This document shows, piece by piece, positions 30,023-41,094 of a stretch of 64,000 nt of DNA. Both the position numbers and the translations under genes were made by a program. Within the stretch, counting starts at the first letter, position 1, and every line of letters begins with the position of its first letter. This stretch comes from Wickerhamiella versatilis (lineage: Eukaryota): positions 1,116,001 through 1,180,000 of the forward strand of contig JAQOWU010000003.1 of the NCBI GenBank assembly GCA_030867685.1, in the 5' to 3' direction. The notes beneath the pieces were generated by a model. The model did not search any database. It saw nothing but the letters and a program-made list of their open reading frames with translations, and had not been told where the DNA came from.

Positions 30023-31603
30023 CTATTCCCACTCTACTGTGGCAGGTGGCTTTGAGGTAACGTCATAAACCACTCTTGCAACACCTGGGACCTCATTCAC
30101 AATGCGTCTACTAACTCGCTTTAAGAAATTGCCATCAAATTCGAACCAATCGGCTGTCATAAAGTCACGGGTCTCTATAGCACGGAGAGCAATGACTTGC
30201 TCATACGTCCTTTGGTCTCCCATGACACCAACAGACCGGACAGGCAGGAGGGCAGCGAAAGCCTGGGATATTTTATCGTACAAGCCAGAGCTACGAATCT
30301 CGCTGATAAAAATAGCGTCAGCCCCGCGAGCTATACGCAACTGTGGCTCTGTGACTTCACCCAGGATGCGTATAGCGAGACCAGGACCGGGGAAAGGATG
30401 TCGCCAAACCAGGTCATGAGGCACCCCAAGGAGTTCACCAAGCTGGCGAACTTCATCCTTGAAAAGTTCTCTCAAAGGCTCAATCAATTTCAGCTTCATG
30501 TCTTCAAGCAGCCCACCTACATTATGGTGTGTTTTGATGGTCTGAGATGGACCCTTGAAGCTGATTGATTCAATGACATCTGGATACAAAGTACCCTGCA
30601 AAAGGAATTCAATTTCGGAACCGTCTTTTGGCTTGATCTGTGCGGCTTCACGCTCGAAAACGTGGATGAAGGTATTTCCAATGATTTTCCGCTTTTTTTC
30701 AGGGTCAGTCACACCAGCAAGTTTAGACAAAAACTCATTACCAGCATCTATGACAGTGAGGTTAATGCCCAGCCCTTCCTTCATGGTCTTTTTCACTTCC
30801 TCAACCTCGTTAAGACGCATGCAGCCGTTGTCCACAAGAATTGCGTGGAAACGATCACCAATGGCCCTGGTCATAAGGCGCGCTGCAACAGTAGAGTCTA
30901 CACCTCCACTTACAGCACCAATGACTTCCGCATTGGGGCCAACAAGCTGCCGAATTCGTTCTATTTCAGTGTCGACAAAATTTTCCATAGACCAATTTGC
31001 CTTCGCATGAGCGATCTTGGTCGCAAAGTTATCAAGCAGACGGGTACCACTTGGTGTATGGGTCACCTCCGGGTGGAATTGAATTCCCCAGATCTTTTGT
31101 TGATAGTTTGCCACAGCTGCAAATGGACTGTTTTCCGTGTAACCCACGACATCGAAACCCTCGGGCAAGTGGGAGAGCTTATCACCATGAGACATCCACA
31201 CCTGGGTACTCTCTAGTCCCTGAACAAGAGGATCCACTTCATTTGCTACGTGGAAAGTAGCGCTTCCGTATTCCCGGTGGCTACTAGCTGTGACTGCCTT
31301 ACGGTCGTGAGTATACGCAATTTCTTGAAGCCCATAACAAATACCCAAGATCGGAACACCTAGCTCAAATACCGCGGGATCAACATGTGGAGAGCCCTCA
31401 GCATAAACGGAAAACGGACTGCCACTCAATATGACACCACATGGTCGCCAACTGAGATCTGCAATTTTCTGGGTGCAAGGAAGCATCTCAGCATAAATGT
31501 TACATTCACGCAACCTGCGTGTGATAAGATGGCTGTACTGGGAGCCAAAATCAAGAATCAAAATAGTGTCAAACACAGCTGAGACCTCCGTTGGCTGTAC
31601 CAT
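30023..31603 (-). CDS. GUA1: GMP synthase (glutamine-hydrolysing)
   Basis: [42 protein letters not shown]. Confidence 0.98.
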   Translation of the reverse strand: MVQPTEVSAVFDTILILDFGSQYSHLITRRLRECNIYAEMLPCTQKIADLSWRPCGVILSGSPFSVYAEGSPHVDPAVFELGVPILGICYGLQEIAYTHDRKAVTASSHREYGSATFHVANEVDPLVQGLESTQVWMSHGDKLSHLPEGFDVVGYTENSPFAAVANYQQKIWGIQFHPEVTHTPSGTRLLDNFATKIAHAKANWSMENFVDTEIERIRQLVGPNAEVIGAVSGGVDSTVAARLMTRAIGDRFHAILVDNGCMRLNEVEEVKKTMKEGLGINLTVIDAGNEFLSKLAGVTDPEKKRKIIGNTFIHVFEREAAQIKPKDGSEIEFLLQGTLYPDVIESISFKGPSQTIKTHHNVGGLLEDMKLKLIEPLRELFKDEVRQLGELLGVPHDLVWRHPFPGPGLAIRILGEVTEPQLRIARGADAIFISEIRSSGLYDKISQAFAALLPVRSVGVMGDQRTYEQVIALRAIETRDFMTADWFEFDGNFLKRVSRRIVNEVPGVARVVYDVTSKPPATVEWE

Positions 31604-32122
31604 TTTGCAATGCCAAAGATTTTGAGATAGAAAAAATGGATGACTAATTGAAAGGTATCAGAGCACATGGATCCCACCTACCATGGTATCCATGACGCCG
31701 CTGTTATGGTGAAAACGTGTTCGCAAGCCCTTTCAAATTCGTTCTGTAAGTATGAAGTACTCTGTGTGTACCGTAGAGCTTTATGTGATTAATAATGATA
31801 GTCGCAGGCACATGGCCAGTTAGTTCCTGTATAGCCAACATTACTCTTTCTTGTTGCAAAAACTAGCCATAATTTTCGAAAGTAACCTAATTGAATGCAT
31901 TTGCTAGTATTGCTCAAACTAGGAAACTGGTCTCTTGCCGTGATATATGCTCCCGATATTAAAGCATGCATGCTACTTCAATAAGAACTTATCAATTGTT
32001 GCCTAATTCTCCTTTATGATTATATTTCTGGCCTCCTCTGTAAAGACATGACAATGCTATCCGCTGCGGCTTACGGCTATCACTGTATATTGAACTGTTG
32101 TGACATAAGCGCATGGAAGACC

Positions 32123-33049
32123 ATGAAGCAGTGGAATGATTATGACTGGAGTGATATAGAACCTATTTTCATCCCTGAGGAAAACCGGCAGCTTGCGCGT
32201 ATCAATTATAGCGAGGATTTTGCGGTTGCCATGGCGTATCTGAGAGCTTTACAACCTACCCAGGAAATATCAGAACGTGCGTTGACCTTAACACAGGACA
32301 TTCTTGAAATGAACCCTGCACACTACTCAGTTTGGGACTACCGATTCAAGATTGTGACGGAGATAGGAAATAAGGTGTATGACCCGAAGGAAGTTGGGCT
32401 TGTACGAATAGGTGCGTACCCTCCGATTGGAGAGGACGGTTCATGGCTCAACGATTTCACATTAGAGCACCCTAAGAACTATCAAATTTGGAATTATAGA
32501 CAGCATCTGGTGGACCCTACAAGTGAAGCGTTCTTTCGTGGGGAGCAGCTACTGGTGCATATAATTTTGGAAGATGACTCCAAGAACTTCCATGCGTGGT
32601 CACATTATAAATGGGCCATCCAAGCTGCACCAGCTAATACCTTCAATGTGGCTGAATTGCTTGAATATGCTGACTCGTTGTTGAAGGCCGATGTTTGGAA
32701 CAATTCTGCGTGGAGCTTTCGATTCTTTATCTTCCAATATTTCCCCGACGCCCTCGAAAAACACGCAGAGCTAGAATATGTCACACAGAAGATTGAGGAG
32801 GCACCACAGAATGAGTCGGTTTGGTCATATGCAAAAGGTATGTTCAAGCCCTCAGAGATCCTGCCTCTAGCTCAAACATGGAGTTCTCAATCTTGCCGTG
32901 CCAAGGAGCTGCTGGCAGCTCTGTATCATGGCAATTCCGAATATGATGAGGCTGCAAAGCTTTATGCTGAGCTCTGCATCGACGAACCAGTCCGCCAAGG
33001 GTTTTGGAGGCATATGCAAGATATGGCTAAGGACAGGAAGATACTGTAA
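32123..33049 (+). CDS. RAM2: Protein farnesyl/geranylgeranyltransferase alpha subunit
   Basis: YDWSDIEPI, NPAHYSVWDYR, PKNYQIWNYR, DSKNFHAWS, NNSAWS, PQNESVW. Start 32123 or upstream 32048. Confidence 0.93.
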   Translation: MKQWNDYDWSDIEPIFIPEENRQLARINYSEDFAVAMAYLRALQPTQEISERALTLTQDILEMNPAHYSVWDYRFKIVTEIGNKVYDPKEVGLVRIGAYPPIGEDGSWLNDFTLEHPKNYQIWNYRQHLVDPTSEAFFRGEQLLVHIILEDDSKNFHAWSHYKWAIQAAPANTFNVAELLEYADSLLKADVWNNSAWSFRFFIFQYFPDALEKHAELEYVTQKIEEAPQNESVWSYAKGMFKPSEILPLAQTWSSQSCRAKELLAALYHGNSEYDEAAKLYAELCIDEPVRQGFWRHMQDMAKDRKIL

Positions 33050-33182
33050 CAATAAGCTATATTGTCTTTTATAATAAACCAGTGACCCTCTATTAATAGA
33101 ATTATAAGATCAATCTAGTCACCAGGTTGTATAGGAAAGACATACCCATTCTTGGTTTGGCTGCGTTGCGTAAGCATCGTCA

Positions 33183-34298
33183 ATGGCCCTGCAGCAGATA
33201 AACGGCAATATATGGTTGGGCTCCTTCAATGGCCTGTCGGCTGTGCGGCAGCTAAAAGAAAATGGAGTCACGCATGTCTTATCTGTGCTAGATGTGCAAG
33301 CCATGGGATATTCCGAAGAAAAATTTCGAGAGAACGTCGCATCAAAAGGATTCAAGCACCTTTATTTGGACATGCAGGATGTAGAGGAAGAAAACATTTT
33401 GAAATTTTTTCCTGAGGCCGTTGGATTCATGGAAAGCGCAATAGGCGAGGGAGGAAAGGTTTACGTCCACTGCATAGCTGGTATTTCACGCAGTTCAACT
33501 ATCGTGTGTGCGTATCTTATGAAAACAAACAAGTGGACTGCCGATGAAGCGATCGACTATGTACGCTCGAGACGGCCTGTTGCAAATCCCAATGAAGGCT
33601 TCCGCGAGCAGTTGGAGGTCTGGTACCAGTGTGGCTACAGATTCGATGAGAACTTGAAACCGTACCGCCAATGGCACTTGAAGCAGCAGGCAAATGAACT
33701 TGATTATCAGCATGTACGTTCCCTGCCAACAAAATATACCAAGATAGAAATGCCTCCGATGGTTGTATGCTGGCGACATATCTTGATCATGCTTGTGCCC
33801 AAGGAGGTTGGTGCTAAGGTTGTTGGAGTTTTGGTAAATAATAGCAAGCATGCACTAACTGAGCCACTGAAATCATCGCTTGGGACAGATACTGACTGGA
33901 ACGTTGCACTCATAACATCTACTGGCCAGCATATCGATATCCCAAGAGAGCGCCTGGAGCATGTCCTTGGCCAAGTACAGACCCGGCTCGTGACCTTGCG
34001 GTGTCGTGCATGCTCGGGCATACTTGCCACATCTGCATCGTTCGTTGAACATCCAGTAAGCGTAACAGGACGCGCCTGCCAGCATTATTTCGTGGAGCCT
34101 ATAGAGTGGATGCGACCTGAACTGGAGAAAGGGGAACTTGAAGGAAGATTGGATTGTCCGCATTGCCACGGAAAACTCGGTTCTTATCTCTGGCAGGGCG
34201 ACCGCTGCTCCTGCGGCACATGGGTTACCCCAGCCATCAGGATTCAGAAGTCCCGCGTAGACCCCATGATCACCAAACAACGCTTGGAATCACTATAG
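33183..34298 (+). CDS. YVH1: Dual-specificity phosphatase Yvh1/DUSP12
   Basis: VHCIAGISRS and a C-terminal zinc domain (RCRAC...CQHYFVEP...CPHC...CSCG.WVTPA). Confidence 0.95.
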   Translation: MALQQINGNIWLGSFNGLSAVRQLKENGVTHVLSVLDVQAMGYSEEKFRENVASKGFKHLYLDMQDVEEENILKFFPEAVGFMESAIGEGGKVYVHCIAGISRSSTIVCAYLMKTNKWTADEAIDYVRSRRPVANPNEGFREQLEVWYQCGYRFDENLKPYRQWHLKQQANELDYQHVRSLPTKYTKIEMPPMVVCWRHILIMLVPKEVGAKVVGVLVNNSKHALTEPLKSSLGTDTDWNVALITSTGQHIDIPRERLEHVLGQVQTRLVTLRCRACSGILATSASFVEHPVSVTGRACQHYFVEPIEWMRPELEKGELEGRLDCPHCHGKLGSYLWQGDRCSCGTWVTPAIRIQKSRVDPMITKQRLESL

Positions 34299-34639
34299 CC
34301 AGAACGGCAATTATCGGGGACTCTCGATAGGACAATTTTGCTGAAGCAACTGCAACGTAAAGTGGTGATTTCTCTTTGACCAGAGTTCAACGAATTGGCA
34401 GATAAAATGTACACAAGGTCAACCGAATCTCTCACTCGACTTGGATGCGTTTTTGTACCTGTTTTCAGATGGAACCACAAGATAGCAACATTAATACCAC
34501 TCAATTTTCAGAAAAGTATAAACGGTAAGCATAAGGAGCCTATATTCATTTCTTTACACACATTTACGGACAACACCAGGGTTAGGGCTGGTATTATCGA
34601 TACGAATTTACGTGTGAACCAACTTCTACGTGGGATATA

Positions 34640-35398
34640 ATGACTGCTCAGGAGCCTACCCCCAAGAAAACAAAGATGGCTCACACTTTGATTCTTTTTC
34701 GTCATGGTGATTCAGAGTTCAATTCCGAAGGGAGATTCGCAGGATGGATTGACACTCACCTTAGTGAGAAGGGTCGCAAAGAAGCGGCCCATGCTGGCGA
34801 GCTGCTGAAGAATTTTGAGCCCAAGCCAGACGTTTTGCATACCTCGAAGCTCCAGCGATCCTGTGCAACTGCTGATATAGCGTTGGAAAAAATTGATCGC
34901 CTATGGGTTCCAGTATACCGGACCTGGCGCTTGAATGAACGTCATTATGGAGCATTGCAGGGGCGCGTAAAGCATGAAGTACTGGAAGAAGTCGGCGAAG
35001 AACAATTCATGACCTGGAGGAGAACCTACGACATTCCTCCGCCTCCCTGTAAAGAACCAGAGACTGACGAACGCTACAAGGGTCTCGATCCCCTACCTCG
35101 AAGCGAATCGCTTAAAATGCTATCTCAAAGACTTCTACCGTACTGGACAGATGTAATTGCACCACAGCTGAAAGAGGGTAAAACCGTGCTCGTGGTTGCA
35201 CATGGTTCTACGGTAAGGGCGCTTGTTAAACATCTTGATGGGGTCTCCGACGCTGACATCAAGTCTTTGAACATTCCGACGGGCATTCCGCTGGTTTATG
35301 AGCTCGACGATGACCTCAATCCAATTGGCCAACGGGTTTACCTTGACCCTGCCGCAGCAGTTGCTGGCGCGAATGCGGTCGCTCACCAGGGGCAGTAA
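34640..35398 (+). CDS. Cofactor-dependent phosphoglycerate mutase (Gpm family)
   Basis: RHG motif, WRLNERHYGALQG, AHG, NIPTGIPLVYELD. Alternative ATG at 34676. FAGWID and HGSTVR look more like the minor GPM paralog than Gpm1. Confidence 0.9.
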   Translation: MTAQEPTPKKTKMAHTLILFRHGDSEFNSEGRFAGWIDTHLSEKGRKEAAHAGELLKNFEPKPDVLHTSKLQRSCATADIALEKIDRLWVPVYRTWRLNERHYGALQGRVKHEVLEEVGEEQFMTWRRTYDIPPPPCKEPETDERYKGLDPLPRSESLKMLSQRLLPYWTDVIAPQLKEGKTVLVVAHGSTVRALVKHLDGVSDADIKSLNIPTGIPLVYELDDDLNPIGQRVYLDPAAAVAGANAVAHQGQ

Positions 35399-35531
35399 AG
35401 ATTGCCAGGTGCATTCTTTACCGCCGGCGATCAGCTGGTCTATAGAGGTATAAAAAAAAGTTCTAGCGAAAAAGAGCACACATAATCTATCGAAGATAGA
35501 GCAAGTTTAGTTAAATAACACCATAATCCTA

Positions 35532-36665
35532 TCAGTGGTTTGCCGTGGCCGTATCCTGGTTCCATGATAGATACGCATGGTCGCCCAAACGTCGGGGCTT
35601 TACTATGTGTTGTATTAAGAACGCAATACCAAGCACGCCAGATATCCCTGCAACAGCACAATATGCTATGCCTAAGAAGGGATTACGTCCTCCGATGGCT
35701 GTTCTCGTAGACAAAAGTAGATACTTCTTGCCATCATACAAAGTCGTATCGAAATTCAGGGTAATGTTGACCCGATAAGTCCCTGCATCCAGGTCGTGTG
35801 TATCGTTACGACGTGCCAGCTTTGAAAAGGTGGGCAAGCCAGCGGTGCGCATCCAATTCTGGAACTCCTCCCACTGCGAGACGTCAGGAATTGGGTTGTC
35901 GTCCGTGTAACCATGGGGGTATTTCTTTACCCAGTTACGCGGGGGCACAACTTCGTCGTTCTTATACTTTGTCTTCTTGAAACGGTTTTTATCAGACCCC
36001 CAAGCGATACCCTTTGTAGTCATGTTATATCCTGTTCCGTCAGTATTTTCGAGACTACTAAACGTATCATTAAACATGGAATTGGCAATTAGCCCACATG
36101 GATAATAAGGCTTGCCTTCCTCATTAACAATGAGCGGCTTGCAGTCGTTCTTCGACTTCAGGGTAGTATTGGACTCGGCGTGGCCCTCCAATTGACGCTC
36201 GTTGAAACTCAGTACATATCGACGATGATTTTGGTAGAAGTTTGTGAGCCTATAAAACATGTATACGGGATGCTTCATCGTCTTAGGCGTGGTAAACTCA
36301 AGAGTACAGGTATCGTCTGAGCGCATCCACCTTGGGGAGCTATGAGGCTCAGCCTTCTCGTTGAAGTGGTATTCGATCAGACTACTATTCATATTCGCAA
36401 AATTATCTGTAGGAGCATCCGTCGAACAATGCGTATAATCAAGCATCATTTCCTGAACCTGATCAGACGCGTGAATTAGCAATCCACCAAACAGTGCGAA
36501 CAGAGCCGCCACTCCAAAAAATAAAGGTAAAACAGTAGCAGGGGTTAGGATTGGCTGCCAGGCCTTCAGCCGCTGCTGCCTAAATGCAGTGTTGGGCGGC
36601 CTCCGGCTCTTGGTTTTCTTCTGCTCAACAGGCGGCGCTCTGTCGCTGTCCGAATCGCTGTCCAT
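35532..36665 (-). CDS. CDC50: Cdc50/Lem3 P4-ATPase flippase beta subunit
   Basis: RRPPNTAFRQQRLKAWQPIL, FYQNHRRY, PCGLIANSMFNDTF, WMRTAGLP, GGRNPFLG. Confidence 0.92.
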   Translation of the reverse strand: MDSDSDSDRAPPVEQKKTKSRRPPNTAFRQQRLKAWQPILTPATVLPLFFGVAALFALFGGLLIHASDQVQEMMLDYTHCSTDAPTDNFANMNSSLIEYHFNEKAEPHSSPRWMRSDDTCTLEFTTPKTMKHPVYMFYRLTNFYQNHRRYVLSFNERQLEGHAESNTTLKSKNDCKPLIVNEEGKPYYPCGLIANSMFNDTFSSLENTDGTGYNMTTKGIAWGSDKNRFKKTKYKNDEVVPPRNWVKKYPHGYTDDNPIPDVSQWEEFQNWMRTAGLPTFSKLARRNDTHDLDAGTYRVNITLNFDTTLYDGKKYLLLSTRTAIGGRNPFLGIAYCAVAGISGVLGIAFLIQHIVKPRRLGDHAYLSWNQDTATANH

Positions 36666-37182
36666 GCCAACGCTATCTTAGTCAGCGGATCGAAACTCTT
36701 ATTGGGACTGCCTGAACTTCGGGATTACAAAAGTAATTTTTCTTCCCCTGAATGGCACAGAATCATCGCTCATAGGGCTGGAAATTTCAATTTAGATACC
36801 TTCTAATAGCTTTAAGTCAATTAGTTGATCATGACATACCGCCGGTTGCTGATTGGATTAGTCATGAGGCCGTGTCACGATCGAACTAGCCACCGAGAAG
36901 CACACGTATAGCACGGTATAAAAACCGCGGCCACTGTATTTTGAGCGGACTTAACCGCTAGGATAGAAGCTGAAGTCTACAACCAAGCTATAGTACTACA
37001 TAGACGCATGGGTGCGAAAAAAAAAGCATCTCTATGATGCTCTACTGGGCGTTTGAGGTATGATATATGTAACTTTGAGAACCAGAGGACTGCGGACAGC
37101 CTCATTTTTTAGTGCTATAATGTAATTTCCCCCATATAACTTAGGCTATTCTACTGCTTATGTCAGCCTAATTTTTTCAAGT

Positions 37183-38475
37183 ATGTCGGCAAAGACCCAA
37201 GCAGATAAGAATATAGAGATCTGGAAGGTCAAAAAACTGATAAGAAACCTCGAAGATGCTCGTGGTAATGGTACATCCATGATTTCCCTTATCATGCCAC
37301 CTCGTACCCAGGTTTCGCTCACGAACAAGCTATTGACTGAAGAGTATGGTACAGCGTCTAATATCAAAAGTCGAGTGAATCGTCTGAGTGTGCTGAGTGC
37401 CATCACATCTACCCAGCAGCGTTTGAAGAACTACAACAGGGTACCTCCTAATGGTCTCGTCATCTTCTGTGGCGAAGCCACCACCTCGGAGGGAAAGCTT
37501 CGCAAACTGACGATTGACTTCGAACCATTCAAGCCCATCAATACAAGTATGTACATGTGTGACAACCACTTCCATACGGAGGCCTTGAGCGAACTTCTTG
37601 AATCAGACGACAGATTTGGATTTATCATTATGGATGGTAATGGCGCACTTTTTGGTACGTTGAGTGGTAACACACGTGAGGTTCTGCACAAATTTACAGT
37701 CGATCTGCCCAAGAAGCACGGCCGTGGTGGTCAGTCTGCAATGCGTTTCGCCCGGTTGCGTGAGGAAAAACGCCATAATTACGTGCGTAAAGTCGCTGAA
37801 GTTGCAGTTCAGTGCTTCATCACCAACGATAAGGTTAATGTCACAGGTCTTGTGCTGGCTGGTTCGGCAGACTTCAAAAATGAGCTCAGCCGCTCCGATT
37901 TGTTCGACGGTCGTTTGCAGGACAAGGTCATGAAGATTGTGGATGTGTCTTATGGTGGAGAGAACGGATTCAATCAGGCGATTGAGCTTTCGGCTGAGTC
38001 CCTTGCGAATGTCAAGTTCGTTCAAGAAAAGAAACTGCTCGAAAGCTACTTCGAAGAAATCGCAAAAGATTCAGGACTTTGCTGCTACGGTTATGATGAC
38101 ACGCTCAAGGCTTTGGAACTTGGTGCATGTGAAAATGTCATCGTGTTCGAAAACCTCGACCTCATTCGTTACACCCTAAGAGACGCCGAGGGAAATGAAT
38201 CCATTGCCCATGCCCTCCCCGACGCCCCTCGTGAGCAATACCTAGTCGCGAAGGACGGCTCAGAGCTTGAGGTCATTGGTGAGCAACCCCTTGTCGAGTG
38301 GCTTGCTGAGAACTACCATGAGTTTGGTGCAAACCTTGAATTCATCACCGACAAATCCTCAGAAGGTGCGCAGTTTGTGAGAGGATTCGGTGGTATTGGT
38401 GCTATTTTGCGTTACAAAGTTAACTTCGAGCAGCTCGTGGATGAGAGTGATGATGAATTTTATGACAGCGAGTAA
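37183..38475 (+). CDS. SUP45: Translation release factor eRF1
   Basis: GTS, TASNIKS, YxCxxxF, GRGGQS. Confidence 0.98.
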   Translation: MSAKTQADKNIEIWKVKKLIRNLEDARGNGTSMISLIMPPRTQVSLTNKLLTEEYGTASNIKSRVNRLSVLSAITSTQQRLKNYNRVPPNGLVIFCGEATTSEGKLRKLTIDFEPFKPINTSMYMCDNHFHTEALSELLESDDRFGFIIMDGNGALFGTLSGNTREVLHKFTVDLPKKHGRGGQSAMRFARLREEKRHNYVRKVAEVAVQCFITNDKVNVTGLVLAGSADFKNELSRSDLFDGRLQDKVMKIVDVSYGGENGFNQAIELSAESLANVKFVQEKKLLESYFEEIAKDSGLCCYGYDDTLKALELGACENVIVFENLDLIRYTLRDAEGNESIAHALPDAPREQYLVAKDGSELEVIGEQPLVEWLAENYHEFGANLEFITDKSSEGAQFVRGFGGIGAILRYKVNFEQLVDESDDEFYDSE

Positions 38476-38614
38476 AAGGGAAGATATAAATCTAGAATTT
38501 TCTGTAAAGGTATTATGCTTTTAGTGGTCGTTCTACTAACCAATTAAGCAAGCTTTACTCTTACTGATGACCTAGAATGCTCTCGTCGTCGTATAGAAAA
38601 ATTATTCGAGATTA

Positions 38615-38698
38615 TTCCGGAACACTCGATAATACTCCCAAGATTCCCGAAGCCACTTCGAAATTGATGAGTCATCACGAACCTATGTGGGGTATAAA
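38615..38698 (+). promoter_or_regulatory. Stress-type promoter: two HSE dyads, a Gcn4/AP-1 site and a TATA box
   Basis: TTCcgGAA 38615-38622, TTCccGAA 38644-38651, ATGAGTCAT 38667-38675, TATAAA 38693-38698. Confidence 0.55.
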
Positions 38699-38737
38699 GC
38701 AATGACTTAACCGACGGCAACCTGCATTAATAAAAAA

Positions 38738-40279
38738 ATGCCTTTTTTCCAGCCATTTGTTGGTTTCTATTCACCAATTTCCGAGGAATTGTTCAATGAT
38801 GTTGCTTTGAACCAGCCACACGAACGCCCTTCCGCAGAGGAGTATACTAGGGGTACACCGCAATGGCCACATGCCTACCCATGGAATGTTCCACACCATG
38901 AAGTCGTGCCAAGAGGCGCTTGGCAGGTTCTTCCGCGCTATACAATCGGGGGAGATCAAGTAGCTGTGCGGGAAGGTCCTAGAGGACAAAAGCGGCGGCA
39001 TCACCACCGTTCCCGCCGACATGGACATGAGCATCGGGATCAAAACGATCACCAAGGCCATGTTCATGGACATCGTCATGGGCATCGTCATGGAACTCGT
39101 GAGTCATTCCGTGGTCGCGATAATGATCAGGAGGATGATGATGGTTCGGTTGGTGCACAAGATGTAAGTTCCTGGATCGCAGTTGCCATGCAAAATGAAT
39201 TGGCTCGCCGGCGTGCTGCTGAGAGGCAGATATATGTAGCCCGTGAGATCGAGCGACGTCGACGTGAGCAGGAGGCTCTGAAAGTTAAGCAACAACAGGA
39301 GGAGGCCATAAGATTGCGCTTGGAGAGGCTCCATCAAGCACAAGTGCATGTGATCGAGCGTGCTCGTATGGAGTGGGCTGCTGAGAATGCAATTGACCCA
39401 TTTAACCAACTAGTTGAGGCGCTCAGTGGACTTCAGACTCGGGTTCTTCTTTCCGGCGACAGTGAGCCTGAGGATGATAACAACAACAACATGCAACAAC
39501 AACAGCAACAGCAAGTTGATGAGAATGACAACACAGAGTCTCCAGTAGTGTATCTGCGTTTCGGTCCAAATGGTACTAATGAAGCCGTGGCCGATGATTC
39601 CAAGCCATCCGTTGAAGAGCCAGAGTCACCGGCGCCTGAACCGACTGATGCTAAGAACAGCAGTTCTAATAGACCAGACAATGATGGTCCAACTGTCGAA
39701 GTGAAATACCTAGAGCCAGAAACAGAAACCACTACGCCAGGTGTGGGCAAATATGATGACACGAAGAAGAAGCAGGAGGCTCAGGCCGCTAACGCCGAGT
39801 CTACTACAGATGAAAGGAGAAAAACGAAGGATATTATCCCTGACCCATTGGTAGAAGTCCAATCTGTAGAAATTCTCCTTAAGCTCCGCCAGGAATTGAG
39901 TCTTGTCGGTAGTGCGCTTCAAAGAATAGCTCAGAATAAGGCAGATGATTTGAGATCGACAAAATCACAGCTTAGTGTTTTGGGAAGTGCCTATGCACAA
40001 GCAGAAGAGATCTACACGAAGTTGGATTCGCTAAGCGTACCTCGTGAACAGCGGAAGGCGAAACATGATCTTACTGCTTCAGCGGTGGATCTCGCTGAGA
40101 AACTTGAATCTCTTATTGCGATTAAGTTGAGATGGTGTGATGAACTTAAATCAAAGAACGCTGGAGAAAGCGATTCTGATTCTGACATTTCAGTTGTTTC
40201 CGATGTATCTAATGGATCCACGGAGTCTAAGAAGCACCATGTGTTATTGGAAACAGTTGCAGATGACGGCAGTATTTAA
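38738..40279 (+). CDS. Orphan-like protein with His-rich tract, coiled coil, acidic IDR and a C-terminal BAG-like three-helix bundle
   Basis: 513-aa ORF; EEIYTKLDSLSVPREQRKAKHDLTASAVDLAEKLE resembles the BAG helix 2-3 pattern. Confidence 0.6.
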   Translation: MPFFQPFVGFYSPISEELFNDVALNQPHERPSAEEYTRGTPQWPHAYPWNVPHHEVVPRGAWQVLPRYTIGGDQVAVREGPRGQKRRHHHRSRRHGHEHRDQNDHQGHVHGHRHGHRHGTRESFRGRDNDQEDDDGSVGAQDVSSWIAVAMQNELARRRAAERQIYVAREIERRRREQEALKVKQQQEEAIRLRLERLHQAQVHVIERARMEWAAENAIDPFNQLVEALSGLQTRVLLSGDSEPEDDNNNNMQQQQQQQVDENDNTESPVVYLRFGPNGTNEAVADDSKPSVEEPESPAPEPTDAKNSSSNRPDNDGPTVEVKYLEPETETTTPGVGKYDDTKKKQEAQAANAESTTDERRKTKDIIPDPLVEVQSVEILLKLRQELSLVGSALQRIAQNKADDLRSTKSQLSVLGSAYAQAEEIYTKLDSLSVPREQRKAKHDLTASAVDLAEKLESLIAIKLRWCDELKSKNAGESDSDSDISVVSDVSNGSTESKKHHVLLETVADDGSI

Positions 40280-40410
40280 TATGAATGACTGTTTAACTTT
40301 AGATGATATTGGTATATATTGACTTATATAAAGAAAATTGCATATTTGACTGACAATTGATTATGAGCTTTATGTTTTAATACTTACTTATCTTACAATG
40401 ATTAAGTTCG

Positions 40411-40995
40411 CTATTTTCTTGCAACGAGAACTACCAATGATGACTGCACTAGATCGTCATCACTGCAGCTTGAGCAGCTAACATTTGAATTGTGCATGTG
40501 ACTGGCTTCACGGGACATCAAAATACTAGTTCGCAGAACCTTTGGTTCAATATTAAAATGTAACGATTGAAGCATCCGTATCAATTCATCCGTGGGCAAT
40601 TTGCCATGCGACTTGTTGTAGATTTCAACAATTACAAGCGCGCCCCCTGGTTTTAAAACCTTTTGCAAAGCCAAAAGCATTGCTTCTATGTCATCTACGT
40701 GATGAAGAACTAGAACGGCAGTAGCAACATCAAAAATATCTTGCCAAGGACACTCGGACGTGAGGTCCAGGCAGTGAGCAAACATTTCGTCTTCTGAAAT
40801 ATCATGTAAGTGGCAATTTGCATTGTATTGGGATACTGCATTCGAATCTATATCAACACCAACCTGTTTTCTCACGAGCGGAGCTAGCTCGCGACTCACT
40901 TGCCCAGTGCCACACCCAAGCTCGAAAACACTGAATGTATCATGAAGCACCCCAGTCTTTGCCACGAGACGAGCCAATCTAGGGGCAATGTTCAT
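40411..40995 (-). CDS. Class I SAM-dependent methyltransferase
   Basis: VFELGCGTG, VGVDID, FDVATAVLVLHHV, LKPGGALVIVE. Confidence 0.85.
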   Translation of the reverse strand: MNIAPRLARLVAKTGVLHDTFSVFELGCGTGQVSRELAPLVRKQVGVDIDSNAVSQYNANCHLHDISEDEMFAHCLDLTSECPWQDIFDVATAVLVLHHVDDIEAMLLALQKVLKPGGALVIVEIYNKSHGKLPTDELIRMLQSLHFNIEPKVLRTSILMSREASHMHNSNVSCSSCSDDDLVQSSLVVLVARK

Positions 40996-41094
40996 CTTTC
41001 GAAAATATAAATTTCAATGTGTACTTATATTTGCATAAGACTGGCAGTCCATTCTTTGGTTCTCGAGGACAGGTGACATAAGCCAGGTGTGTCT

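Noticed and set aside
37183-37600. eRF1 YMCDNHF variant as a hint of stop-codon reassignment
   Set aside because: GTS, NIKS and YxCxxxF are intact, and TAA, TAG and TGA all terminate conserved genes in this window.
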